DNA of 64,000 nt from positions 4,675,091 to 4,739,090 of the forward strand of contig JBNZDD010013673.1 of assembly GCA_050575255.1 (NCBI GenBank). The letters run 5' to 3'. Below are positions 51,858-64,000 of the stretch, piece after piece. The translations under genes were made by a program, and so were the position numbers. Each line of letters begins with the position of its first letter. Position 1 is the first letter of the stretch. The notes beneath the pieces were generated by a model, which was not told the DNA's origin, did not search any database, and worked only from the letters and a program-made list of their open reading frames with translations. Source of the DNA: Harriotta raleighana (taxonomy: Eukaryota).

Positions 51858-52845
51858 AACAACAACAAAATTACATTTATAGAGCGCCTTTCACATCGGA
51901 AGGACATCGCAGGTGCTGAACAGTTAGGTCGGGATCCGAGCAGGCGGCGAGGTTGAGATAGGGGAAGGAGAGTAGGAGAGGGGGAGAGTTAGTAAGGCAT
52001 GGTCGAAGAGGAAGTTCTTGAGGAGGAAAGGGCGAGGGATTGTGAAATGGAGTTCCAGAGTTTGGGGTCAGAGAGGCTGAAAGCCCGGCCACCAATGGTA
52101 GGGTGGTTCGGGCTGGGGACTTAGAGCAGGCCAGAGCCCACTGAATGGAGGGACGGGCAGGCTGATAGGGAGACAGCACATTGGATAGATAGGCGATAGG
52201 CGAGGGCAAATGCCTTGGGACGTCCTCCCGATGTGAAACGCGCTCTATAAATGCAATCTTGTTGTTGTTGAATGGCCTTGAAAGTGAGGACAAGGATCTT
52301 GAGAGATCTGGGAGATGGGGAGCCAGTGGAGATGGGCAAGAGTGGGAGTGATGTGGTCGCTGAGCCTAGTTCAGGAGTGTACACAAGCTGCAGAGTTCTG
52401 AATAATCTGTAACTTGTGAAAGGAGGAGCTGGGAAGGCTGACGAGGAGATGGTTCCCGTAGTCGAGCCTAGATGTGATGAATGCGTGGATGAGTGTTTCG
52501 GCAGCATGGGTTGTGAGGTAGTGGTGGAGTTTGGCAATGTTACGGAAGTGGTGGAAGGCTGTACTGGTCACGGCACAGATTTGGGGGAGGAAGGACAGTT
52601 CGGGGTCGAACAAAACACTCAGATTCCTGACTGGCTTCGAGAGCTGGAGAGTGCAGCCTAGAATGCTGATGTTTCCAGTGCCTGAGGTGTAGAAGCGCAG
52701 ACGCGAGCCAATCAGGGGGGCCTCTGTCTTGTTGACATTTAGTTGGAGGAAGTTGTCCCTCATCCAGGACTCAATGTCGGACAGACACGCAATTAGAATG
52801 GCAATAGTCCTGGAGTCGATATCATTCATGCTCCTTATGGACATA
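51858..52845 (-). mobile_element. L2 fragment with a nested L2 (+) tail at about 52209-52271
   Basis: ORF 52371-52844 (CLSDIESWMRDNFLQLNVNKTE...TSRLDYGN..LQIIQNSAA). Confidence 0.9.
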
Positions 52846-55800
52846 AGGAGAACGAATGATAATTTATCAGGAGGATAATTAGCAAGGAGTCAAGAGAAAA
52901 CACTTCTCTTTTTGAATAGAACCAATGTATATCTGTTTGAGAAATTAAGCCAAACCCCATTTCCCTGTTCAGGCAGACGTTATAGATTCATTAGTTGATG
53001 TTTGTTCTTGTGCCTTGGCCGACAATTTTTCAAATGAATTGATTATCCATTTATTGCTGTGCTATATGCAAATTGACTGCCATATTTGCCTACAGAAACA
53101 TGATCAATACACTTGACAGAAATTATCTTTGAAGCACTTTAAACTTTTATACATTATAGCCACTGTATCAATTGTGAGGACTATATTATTATATCGGTAA
53201 GATTCACCTGAGCAGGAAGTTCGGGCCTCGATTGAATGTCTCATCCCAAAGGATGTCACTTCCAATACTACATAGGAGTGTCATACTGGATTGTGATCTT
53301 GTTTTGAGACTTCTGACAAGAGAGAGCTATCCAATTATCCAGGCTTGTACCTAACTGACATCTACTGGTCACATGAAGCAATTTTCCAGGTGACAAATTC
53401 AATGGAGATTGATTCCATGGAAAGAGATAAGGACCAATTAAGCACTGCTGTGCACATTTGGCTGCCATGTTCCACCCCCAAAGATACAGTCAATTCTCTT
53501 TGCAGTATATTCGGTGAAGCGCTTTGCGATATTTCTAAGACGTAATTAGGTGCTATATAAAAATACAAGAATTATTATTAAGCAGCCACTTGGACCTGGA
53601 TTGCTGATGTCAAAATACTTTTGTTTAGGGCAGCAGACACCAAGAACAAAAAAATGTCTGACTTTGGTCACTTGGCTAACTATCAATAATCAGCAAATCA
53701 GACCTCAATGTCACCTCCCATTCCAGACACTTATGCAGCTAGTTTTTGAAGGACTTCATTGAAACATCAGCCATGTTTTCCACTCCAGTTACATTAATGA
53801 CTCCAGGAGACATAGATCTTCAATTTTGCGACTTGTTAATTTTGAATCAGAATACTGTATCTTGTTCTGGAGAAATGTTTTGTAGTTCTGAGGATCTTAA
53901 GAAAGACATGGAAAAAATGTAAACAAAGAATGGAATATCTGATTCACTGTTATATTACTCTTATTGAATCTCATTCAGAACTGCCATTATTTCAACCCTA
54001 GCATTGAATCTAACATCATTATAACTGTTGTTTCTTAGTTTAACAAGTTATTTTCTGGCTTGAACAGGGTTAACAACATGTTCTCTATACAAATTAACAA
54101 AACATTTTGGATGACTTTGAAAGGGTTTATTTGGGCACATGTGACATAAGCTGTTTAAGAATTGGCCACATTACCAAAGCATATCACTAGCACGAGTCTC
54201 TGTGTCAATACAGGGAGAAAGAACGGGTAGGATGCTGTAACCAGTGGTTGGGAAGAAATATGAGTTGCTATTTTGGAGATACATTGACCACAAGTATTGC
54301 TGATAAAGATAAAAGAGACAAGAGAGGTTGTGATGTAAGGGAAACATCATATAATAATAATGATAATCCTTGCATTTGGTGAAATGCCTTTCACATGGGA
54401 AGGACATCCCAAAGTATTTCACATGATATACTTCAAGTGGAGCAACTGTGTGCATTTGTGGTCAAATGTGGCTGCCAATTTACAAGCAGCAATGTCCCAC
54501 AAACAGCCAGAATGACCAATTTTATTTCGTGGATTGTTGGCAAAGGCACCTGGAGAAACTCCCTTTTGTTTTTGAATAGTTTCACGGGATCTTTAACGCC
54601 CATCTGAACAGGCAGACAAGGCCTCAGTTTAACGTCTTATACAAATATGATAAGCATTTTCTGTGTCAAAAGAGATTCCCAGGTGTGGGAGCAGAACTCA
54701 AGTCTTGGACAAGCTTTTCATTACATTAGAACATTTAAACCATTATACCAGATTTATCTTAGTCCCACATACCCCAGTGTGAGTATTGTCACCACTTCTG
54801 CTCTGTACTGTTATATAGACTGCAAGTTCATGCTGTGAACATGTTCCTGGCAGTTTCTGCTTCTTTTGTTTGCTAAGTTAGTTCAACTTTGAGAACTTCT
54901 TGCTAACTTTTTTCCCCTACCGTGCTTGATGACTGAATGCATAGAAGAGGCTGCTTGGTGGGAGGTAGCAGGGCGGCAAGACAAAAGGCATTTCTTAAAA
55001 AAGGGGAGGGAAACAAGGTCAGAAATTCGACACATTGGCTTTCCCAATTCACTCAGCTTTGTCAAACCTTCTTCAGACTTGCAAAATCTTCAAAAGCGAG
55101 CAAATAATCTATTAAAGCCTGTCTTATTTCCCCATCAACTGGGTTGGGGCCTTGCTTTGTTGCGCTCCCAGGCAGCCTATAATTTGAGAACAAAAGGACA
55201 ATTTCACACTAGTTTCTGACTTCCCATTTTCAGATCCCAATGTTAAATTGTCCGTGGTGGCCGGATGATTAAAGCAAAAGGAAACAATGACAGAGCTGTG
55301 TTAGAAGTTAATGTAAATGCAGGTTTGCAGAGCCCAGAGTGTATGTTTACGGTGTAACATTATTGCTTTGAGGAACACGGAGCTTTTATCAATTCAGGCT
55401 TGGTGGGCCACACCAGTTTTCAAGCACAACGAGGCCTGATGTGAAAAGGGAGTATGAATGGATTTCCGAAGCACCTGGCTTTGCCACACAGTTAGTCACA
55501 TAATGTTCCAATGCACTAAATTAACCCCTTCTCTCTGTACACTTTTATGGCTCCTCTTATGGCCCATATCTATTCTGAGCCCTTAGCTGCAAAGGCTCCC
55601 TCTTATGGGAGCATTGGATGGTGCAGTGGGCTACCACATTGGCTTCCCACCTCTGCAATGTGTGCTTGAGTCCAAACCGGAGTGATGGGAAGAATGTCTC
55701 GGCTGGGAGTATCTTATGTGAAAGATTCTATCCTGATAATAATACCAATGATCCTTTCATTTGATAAAGCACCTCATCACGTCTTCCATACTCCTCAAAG

Positions 55801-56829
55801 CACTTCACCGAAGATAATGCAAAGTGAATTGACTGTATATTTTATGGACCAAACAATATCCACACATGTGTATATTTCATTCATGTCTTCACCTGATATC
55901 CATAAACGTGCATATTTCTGCAGGGCATACTGTGGGGATGGGGGAGTAGAGAGAGCATCTGATTTACTCCAGGAGTTGAGATGTTTAGTTGATTTTTTAC
56001 ATTTCACATTCTAACCCAAAAACGTGGAAGATTGATTGCAGGATTCCTTACTGCCACCTCAACCAAGATCAGCAAACACAGTTTGAATCAGACCTGGGCA
56101 ATTGCTGATTTGCATGACACAGTTTAGCCGAGGGAGATTTAATATAGTTTTGTATTGGCGTGGAGCATTGGATACTGACCAGTGCAGCCTGAAATGGAAA
56201 ATTGTCGCATTTCCAATTCTTTCATATTCCTCAGTTTGAAGAATACTAAGTTAAATTTCCACTTTTGTTCAGGTGCTGTCTGAATTAACCAATAGTGGAG
56301 ATGATATAAATTGCCTTTCTGAGAGTCACATCATCGTGGTGACTGCATATTGGAACTAACCTCAAAGGTTGACTGATCCACAATTCATTTGCAATGTGTC
56401 GATCCAGACACACACTCAGATGTTAGCAGTCATGTGTTAATGCGCCATTTAAAACGTCTTCACATGGATGAAAAACACAATGAGCTACATATTGTGTCCT
56501 TTTGCAAATAGCAAATGAAAACCATAGACATTAGTGCAGGAGTTTATTCTGTTTTAAAACCATCTCTGTACAGGTTTTCTTCTGTTGCTTTATCTGATTC
56601 CTGTTTCTGGTCAGTCACCCCTTTTGTAAGATGGAAGCGTCCACATTTTTATTTCCCATTATATACACAATTTGTTGTTTGCAATGTTTTATAATTCATT
56701 CCTTGGAATAACTAGGTGCTAGTTCTGTCCGAAACCTTCCCTTCACATTCCTGAACCAGTGATTCCCCTTCTGTTGCTTTGTGTATCTGATAGTAATGTT
56801 TTGCGTTAACCTTCTCTATGCCATTTAGC

Positions 56830-57240
56830 CCTCACCTTCAAAGCCCTCCACAGCTCTGCTCCTTCATACCTCGGTCACCAGCCAATGCCATATCAATCTG
56901 TCCGCTCCACCTGCTCAACAGGCTACGACGTCCCCACCCACCTGACCTTGCTATCGGCAGTCAGACCTTCAGCCTCTCCGCCCCACCCTTTGGCACTCCA
57001 TCTGACAGCCTCTTCACCTCTCTCACTCCATTACTCCCTTCAAGGCAAGTCTCAAGACTTTCCTCTTCAACCGCTCCTTAGGTGTTACCCTCCTACCCAT
57101 ACCCTCTCTGCCCTCCACCCCTCTCTGATTCCAACACCCTCTCCCCCCCCCACTCAGGTCCAAATGCTTGACTGTCCAAGGTCTTGGGACATGCTCCTGA
57201 AGTGAAAGGCTCTATACAAATGTAATTTGTTGTTTGTTGT
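56830..57240 (+). mobile_element. L2 3' fragment
   Basis: ccttcaaagccctcca...gtgaaaggctctatacaaatgtaatttgttg. Confidence 0.8.
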
Positions 57241-58832
57241 TTTATAGCTCCACAAGGTGTTCTGTGAGATGTCTCTATGCAGAGCTCTTGTTTATCTAAT
57301 CACAGCTCATCCTCTAACACCAGAGATAGTCCTCATTGCTCCACTTTGGACTGCCTGCTGGGTTGGGCAGGCCCTTATGTTGTCGTGATCACAATTGCAT
57401 AAAGAGCAGACCAGAGCTTGACAACAAGGTCTGATGATCTTTATTGATTGGGCAATTGTAGCCCAGCATCCTGTTTGCCTTGTTTATTGTAGCCTCTCAA
57501 GTGGATATGGTAAGCGACAAGTCAACTAACAGCACTCTGTCTCCATCAGCTTTCTCCTTCGTATTTCAATTCCATATACGTGCCTCCTATTTTTGCCTTC
57601 CAAATGGGAAGCGTGCCAGTGTTTTAAGGGTTAATGTTGCTCTTCACAATCCATTACCATGACAAAATTGATTTGAATAACAAGCCTGGGCACCTTGTAT
57701 CAAAACAAGTCAAATTTAATTAGAAACCTTTTTTTTCAGATGAACTACAAATCCTGCTACTGCTTAACCTCCTGATTTCTTTCACCACTAAATGTCAGTT
57801 CACTTTTGCGCGCAGAAAAAAAAACACGCTGTACTTTTTTTCCTTGCTTTTTCCACTCTTTTTCTGATCATATTTCAAATATTCTTTAGCGAGTGCAACA
57901 CTGCATTTGTCAGGCCAGCTGTTCTTTTCTCAAAGTGCTGCAGTTGTCATCTGAAAATAATTAAGGCTTTTGAACTGAAAATCTAATTTGGACGATTATT
58001 TTGGCCAGAGAGAAATTAGCAGTGAAACAGCTGGCACACGCAGTTCACCTGTGGAGTCCGTGGTCTAGTCAATTAACCCCTTAACCTTAAACTGGGTTTT
58101 CCAGTTATTGAAGCTATATTAATTAGTGTAATAAAATACATTGTTCAATACGCTAACTCTATCATCAAGTTACATAAAGAAATAAAGGACACACTAACAA
58201 CACACAGTACAAAGACGCAATTTCCCATTTATTTGCCTGACATGCTCAGATTAGTTTTCTAACATGTAATTTCCTTTTTTGTAACCTCTTTTTTTCAGAA
58301 AAAACAAGAACTCTTAGATGTTACAGAAACATTCCTTTCTTGTTCTAACCAAAATAATGAAAATGTGAAAATATTTTTTATTTTTCTTTCTGCTTTTTTT
58401 GTTGTAGATCCAGAGAAATTCCTATCTTTCTGGGCCAGCCAGATTTTTCCTAAGTTTTGCAGCTCAAACATCATGATGCTGAAATAAACAAAACAATCAC
58501 AGGATCCGTTAAGGAGCTACTCCAGTCTCAGGATTTTTGTTACATTAATGTTAAATGAACACTTAGATTGCTAAACATTCTAGACATTTTGATGTTAAAG
58601 ATCCCAGGACACTAATTTGCAAAGAGAGGGGCAATTTCACTCAACAATCATTCAGATAAATTAATAACTAGTGGGACCCTGATTTGACCCACAAAATTAT
58701 TTTTATAAAATACAGTCAAATCAAATGTAAAGATAACTCATATTATTGATTTAACTCTCTGATTTCCTCTATTATCTTTACTCTATACTATTAAAATAAA
58801 TATGAAAAGTACAATTCCTATACACATATATA

Positions 58833-59247
58833 CAGTAAAAGCTTGTTTACCCGGCACCCAACCAACCAGAACGCTCAACCAATCTGTATCTCCCAATACA
58901 ATTCACTATTCCAGCAAACGGATCTCATACCGGAGCCATCTGGGATACTGGCCTGTATGCTCACTTTGCGCATTCGTGCAATCTGTGCGCATGCACACTT
59001 ATTAAGCGCTTACGAACACTGGCATTTTTATTTTACCGATCATTTTACCGAGTGTGCTGGAATGCTTTATTGGTAAGTATCCATACAATATTCTGTTATT
59101 ATTTAGTCTATTATTAATATGGTATATGTTAAAATAAGTTAATTTTTTGTGTAGGATTTTCGGCAACTTGCTGCTCGAATATCCGGCATATTTGATTAAA
59201 CTGCACCAGTCAGGTCCCGAGTGTGCCAGATAACCAAGCTTTTACTG
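58833..59247 (-). mobile_element. Complete Tigger/pogo-like MITE, opposite orientation to 9779-10194
   Basis: TA|CAGTAAAAGCTTGTTTACCCGGCACCC...AAGCTTTTACTG|TA; interior is the reverse complement of the first copy. Confidence 0.9.
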
Positions 59248-60586
59248 TAGATTTATATATATCTTATATACTGTATATCTGTATATAAAATAAACACATG
59301 CACTTGCTTTGTCATTACTTTTCCCATTACAAGGTTATAAGGTAGCAATTTGGCTCAGTTAGTAACACTCTTGAATCAGAGGCAGAAATTAAGACAATCT
59401 AAACCAACATCAAGGACACTAATGTTTTGCATGACCAGAGGTGTAGTCCTTCAGATGAGAAGTTAAACTGAAGTGCCATTTGGCTGTGCTGGAGATTGTA
59501 AAGATTCCATGTCACTATTTGAAAAGGGAAGGGAGTTCTTTCTGGCCAACAATCTTTCAGATAAATTGGTGGGTTCACCTTAAGTAGGGTGACCAAGTTA
59601 TGTGAACCAAATCAGTGCACACATATTTAAAATAGAATGAACTCACCGCAATTCCTAATGCTGGCATTACTGTACTGGAGAAGCTTATTGGGTTAATTGC
59701 TGTATTTAGTGATAAGAATAATTTGGTCACTTCATCCACGACTGTTGTGGACACTACTGTGAGCAATTGGCTTCTGCATTTTGCAGAATATACAGTCAAT
59801 TCACTTTATATAATATTCTGAGAAGTGCGTTGAGACACCTTGATGACATGATAAGGCTCTATATCAAATACAAGGATTATTATTGTATGCAATACGGCTG
59901 CCTTTTTTGCCTACAAATTCATAGTTCTTATTTTGATGTTATTGGAGCTATATCAAATACAACAATCATTATCCTTTCCCTATATCTTTTTAATTTTTGA
60001 AAGCTATGTTCAAGTATTTTCAAATCTAATCTAAAACATTATCTGTTTTTAAAACTTTTTTAAACTTAAATGTAAATAATATTGAGTATTTTGAACCTAA
60101 AAATGTAGAAGTAAACAATGCAAATGTCCCTGGGTATTTTCAGTTACTGACTAATAGATAAATGACAAACTGCCCCACATTGCAAATACTGTAGCAATTG
60201 TAACTCTTATCCCCTTCTCTCTGATTGACAATCCCATCTCCACAACATTCCAGCTAATTCAGCTATTAAACCAGCAAGAACATGCAGTCCTTCAACAGAA
60301 CTTCTTCAATTACCTGCAAAACGAAATTGTCTTTTCATTGTAACCCTATCAGTGCAACACCACGATCTAGTATTTCTTCCCTCAATGAGTGTAGAGAAGG
60401 GAATGATGCTTATTTTCCAACTTGAAGTATGTCTTCACACAGAGGGCTGTGAAAATGGGCAACATATATGCCCCAGGGGACAGAGAGGAGGAATACTTTA
60501 GGATGTTTAAAGGATAAACTAATACAAACATACACATATAAGCACACGGGCATGCACACACATAGATATGCATATGCTTTGTGATA

Positions 60587-60886
60587 ATCCTGGAGCTCAG
60601 TGGTTAGAGCAATCACCTCGCAACTGATAGACCTGGGTTAAATTTTAGGCAGGGTAAAACTTTGGGCAAGTTTCCTTACTCCACAGGCCTGATAATAATC
60701 CCTCAAGATAAAAAAAGCAATAATAATTTGGTCACCAATCTGCAATTAAGGGACACTGTTGTGCGCAATTAGCTGCTGCGTTTCGCCCACAAAAATACAT
60801 TTTACAGTTTATTCTGTGAAGCACTTGGAGACATCTAGAAGACTTAAAAAGTGCTATATCAAATGCAAGGGTTATTATTATTATTA
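60587..60886 (+). mobile_element. Full-length tRNA-SINE
   Basis: Head gctcagtggttagagc, body and tail. Confidence 0.85.
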
Positions 60887-61532
60887 ATCTCAGACACACA
60901 AACATACAAAATAAGAGTATTGAGGGGTTTGATGAATTTGTCTCAGTGAGCTGGACAGCCTTTTCCTTTCTAACAGATCCTTTGTTTTACTTTCCTCTTC
61001 TGCTATTCCTTGTTCTCACAATTGAGCAAATAGGACTTGCATCTCAGAGAGTAAAGCGACTGTATCTGATACATTTGTGAGTACATTTACATAAACGAAT
61101 GCTTTACCACATGTAGATGCTCCTATTTGTGGCCTAATTAACACCCACATGAGCAATTGAAAGAAGCTAACTGTAATGAGGTATTGATATGTGTTGACAT
61201 AACTGGCCATAAGTATACACCAATACCTTTTGACATGTGTTGGTGCACATGGATGAATAATATACATATATATCAGCATATGGTTAATTATTTCACCTTG
61301 TATAGTACATGTGAGGCTACATGTGGAATATAGGGTAACATAACATGGTATTCCTTAAAGTGTTCCATAATTTAAGGAAGGCTTTAAGAAATCCCAGCAG
61401 GTGGCGACACTCTCCAGACGCCTGGTTTGAGTGAGTTGGGGCCTCTCTAAACAGATCTACATAAATACAAGTTGTTGTTGTTGCTCAAGAAATGTAGGAA
61501 ATTAAAATGGTTGCTGATCACCAGACAGTTCA

Positions 61533-61882
61533 TGATAATAAACCTTGTATTTGATATACAGCCTCATCACATCGTTGAGATGTCTCAAAGTGCTTCACAG
61601 GATATACTGTAAAGTCATTATATTTTGCGGTCAAAATGTGGCAGCCAATTTGCACAGCTGTGTCCCACAAACAGTCATGGATTGAATGCCCAAAGCATTA
61701 TTATTTTTTGGAAGGGATTATAACCCCCAAAAAGTGATCCTCAATCGACTAACAACTGGGTTCCTATCTACTGCTAGGTAAACAGACATGTGTGGAGTAA
61801 GGAAACATGTCTAAGGCTTTGCCCTGCCCAGAAAATGAACCCTGGTCCTCTCACTTGCAAGGCATGTGCTCTAACCACTACA
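61533..61882 (-). mobile_element. tRNA-SINE long subfamily
   Basis: Tail to head with insert gggttcctatctactgctaggtaaacag. Further SINE 3' halves at about 12128-12210, 28655-28775, 29687-29825, 43131-43240, 43873-44030, 47585-47760, 49413-49530, 51297-51470, 53430-53581, 54350-54520, 55736-55840 and 59718-59884. Confidence 0.85.
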
Positions 61883-62703
61883 TTACTTTGAAGAAGAATG
61901 TTTGCAGATTGCCTGTCTTTTTCCATCAGAGAATCAAAATATTTCTTTAGAAAGTTGGGTGTCCCATTCTCAACTACCTTCCTTAGTAATCGGTTCTGCT
62001 TGTAACTAATCTCTACTTGATAGACATATTTCCTGACATTTCCTCGTGTCTGTCCTCCACAACCCATGCCTTCTCATCTTGCTGATTTAGCATTTCTGAA
62101 AATATTATTCTGGTTTTGCTTGCTCAGTCTCATTTAGCATCATGTGTACGCCTGTAAGCCTTCTATCTCTCCCTCCCCAAAGAAAATGTTTCTGATTAAG
62201 ACTGAAGAGCCCTAGTTTATATGGTTGTTCCTCACAGCTCATCCCTCTGACACTGGGGTTCAACCACCTTGCTATCCTTCCATCATATTCCATTAATTGT
62301 ATGCTTATGGTACAAGATAGCTGTGCATCTATGTGGAGTAGCTTTTGTGTGTCTGAATCCAGGACTTTTGTTTTGTGATGTAGTTCATCTCTTATTAGTT
62401 TTACAGTTGTCTTCAGTCTAGGATGAAATGTAAAAAGCACAGGTTTGAATGTATTGGATTTATGAGTATGGTGTCAGCAGATTGAGGCTGACTGGGAGCT
62501 CTGCTTTGATCATTAACTTGCATTTTTACGACTGGTGACTGTAACATGCTGGCTGATGTGAAAATCTGTCTTCTCCTTTGATTTGGATTCGTACACATTG
62601 TGAATTGTTTTACAGAGTTTAGTAAGTGCTAAGAACTTGCTGATCTTCAGGAACTAAAGAGGTTACGAACATGCATCAGTATCAGGTCAGCATTCTACGT
62701 GTA

Positions 62704-64000
62704 CAGTTAATCCTCGTCGATCACATGGGTTACGTTCCTGAAAAACTGCGCACTCCACAAAATCACGTCGGAAAAGCTTAAGAAGTAATGGGAAAAGGGG
62801 ATTAGGCGAATCCAGTCGCAGACTACCCACCTCAAGCCTCCAAGCGCATCCAATGCAAGCTACCTACTGAGGCTGGCTGGCCCGTTCCTCGCTCCCCACT
62901 CTTCCTGCTCTTGTCCCTCCTACCACTCAGGAAGTGGGCAAATCAGGGCAGCCCGGGAGGGAGGCAGAGAGAAATCAGGAAGAGCAGAGGGCGGGCAGAA
63001 GGGGAGGGAACAGAGAACCACTCAGAGGCTTGGGGGAGTTTGGGGAGGTGCAGGGCAGTGAGCCGCTCGGAGGCTGGGGGAACTCGCAGAGGTGCGGGGG
63101 AGAGAGCCAATCGGAGGCATGGGTGGACTCAGGGAGGTGCGGGGCAGCGAGCCGCTCAGACGGCAGAGTGCTGGGGACACAGAAAGGTTACAGCGGCTTT
63201 NAGAGGCTTGGGGGAGTTTGGGGAGGTGCAGGGCAGTGAGCCGCTCGGAGGCTGGGGGAACTCGCAGAGGTGCGGGGGAGAGAGCCAATCGGAGGCATGG
63301 GTGGACTCAGGGAGGTGCGGGGCNGGAGGCGTGGGGGAGTTTGGGGAAGTGCAGGGCAGTGAGCCGCTCGGAGGCTGGGGGAACTCGCAGAGGTGTGGGG
63401 GAGAGAGCCAATCGGAGGCATGGGTGGACTCAGGGAGGTGCGGGGCAGCGAGCCGCTCAGACGGCAGAGTGCTGGGGACACAGAAAGGTTACAGCGGCTT
63501 TGTTATTGCTTTATTGCTATAATAAAGTGATAACAAAGCAGTAAAGCAATAAAAAAGCAATAAAGCAACAGAGTAGATTAGCCTACATTGTTGTACGATT
63601 CCTGTCTCTCTCTCTCTGTCTCTTCTGTTTACCATGCAATGCTATAAGATTCTCTGAGCTCGAAGTATTATTCTATTTACCTAGAATGCATTGCGTGTGG
63701 GGCTTCGGCTTTAGTTGGGATCTGCTGGCCTCGTCAAAAAAGCGCATGCGCGTGGGACCAGCTAGCCGAGGAATCATCGGATTTAGTCGGGTGTAATCGG
63801 TGTCTGATCTTCACATGCGCATGGGGGCCAGCCAGCACATATACACAAGTTTTACGCACGCTGCACAAAAAAGTGATGCTTTTGTTTTGTCATGTATACT
63901 TGAATTCGCAATCGATAAAGTCGCCTTCGATGAGTGTTAATTGCATTGTATATTTTTTTACACGGTTTTCTCACTTCTCCTGAAGATTCTGTCTTGTCCT
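62704..64000. mobile_element. Probable Tigger-like DNA element left end with a CpG-rich interior running off the window
   Basis: TA|CAGTTAATCCTCG...GGGTTACGTTCC resembles Tigger left ends; abrupt rise in CpG; no right TIR visible. Confidence 0.45.
63024..63501. repeat. G-rich 44-45 bp minisatellite; higher-order unit of about 177 bp repeated across Ns (63201, 63324)
   Basis: Units of the form GGAGGC..GGGG..GAGGTGC.GGG.AG.GAGCC..TC; ORFs 62911-63544 result from this repeat. Confidence 0.85.

Noticed and set aside
58380-58480. Acceptor-like tract ttttgttgtag as a coding exon
   Set aside because: No convincing donor or recognisable peptide; T-rich tracts are common here
62911-63544. 203-aa and 150-aa repeat-containing ORFs
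   Set aside because: Products of a GC-rich minisatellite that is open in several frames and spans Ns; no domain signal
1-64000. CRISPR array, operon or prokaryotic defence system
   Set aside because: Vertebrate repeat landscape; recurring motifs are dispersed SINE and LINE tails, not regularly spaced repeat-spacer units

Overview
Repeat-dense vertebrate genomic DNA, not prokaryotic. The repeat set is typical of cartilaginous fishes and probably a chimaera/elephant-shark-like holocephalan (inference): tRNA-headed DeuSINE-type SINEs, older SacSINE/AmnSINE-like DeuSINEs, CR1 and L2 LINE fragments, Penelope remnants and TA-flanked Tigger/pogo-like MITEs. The only host-gene signal I can support is the 3' end of an unidentified + strand gene: last intron, a terminal exon from 3754, and a repeat-free 3' UTR to about 5.6 kb. 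The rest is intergenic or intronic, with several TE-free islands that look like enhancers. Nearly all listed ORFs are TE fragments or spurious. Single Ns between near-identical copies point to a draft assembly with haplotype duplications. Best leads: a 30-bp near-perfect intronic hairpin (3167-3239), a minimal hammerhead ribozyme motif in a Penelope remnant (37497-37533), a 251-bp near-identical tract between two otherwise diverged CR1 copies, a cluster of PBX/PREP decamers in a DNA-transposon remnant, and many L2 insertions truncated at their 3' stem-loop. I found no evidence of a new protein-coding system. Repeat boundaries were placed by eye and are approximate unless TIRs or TSDs are stated.
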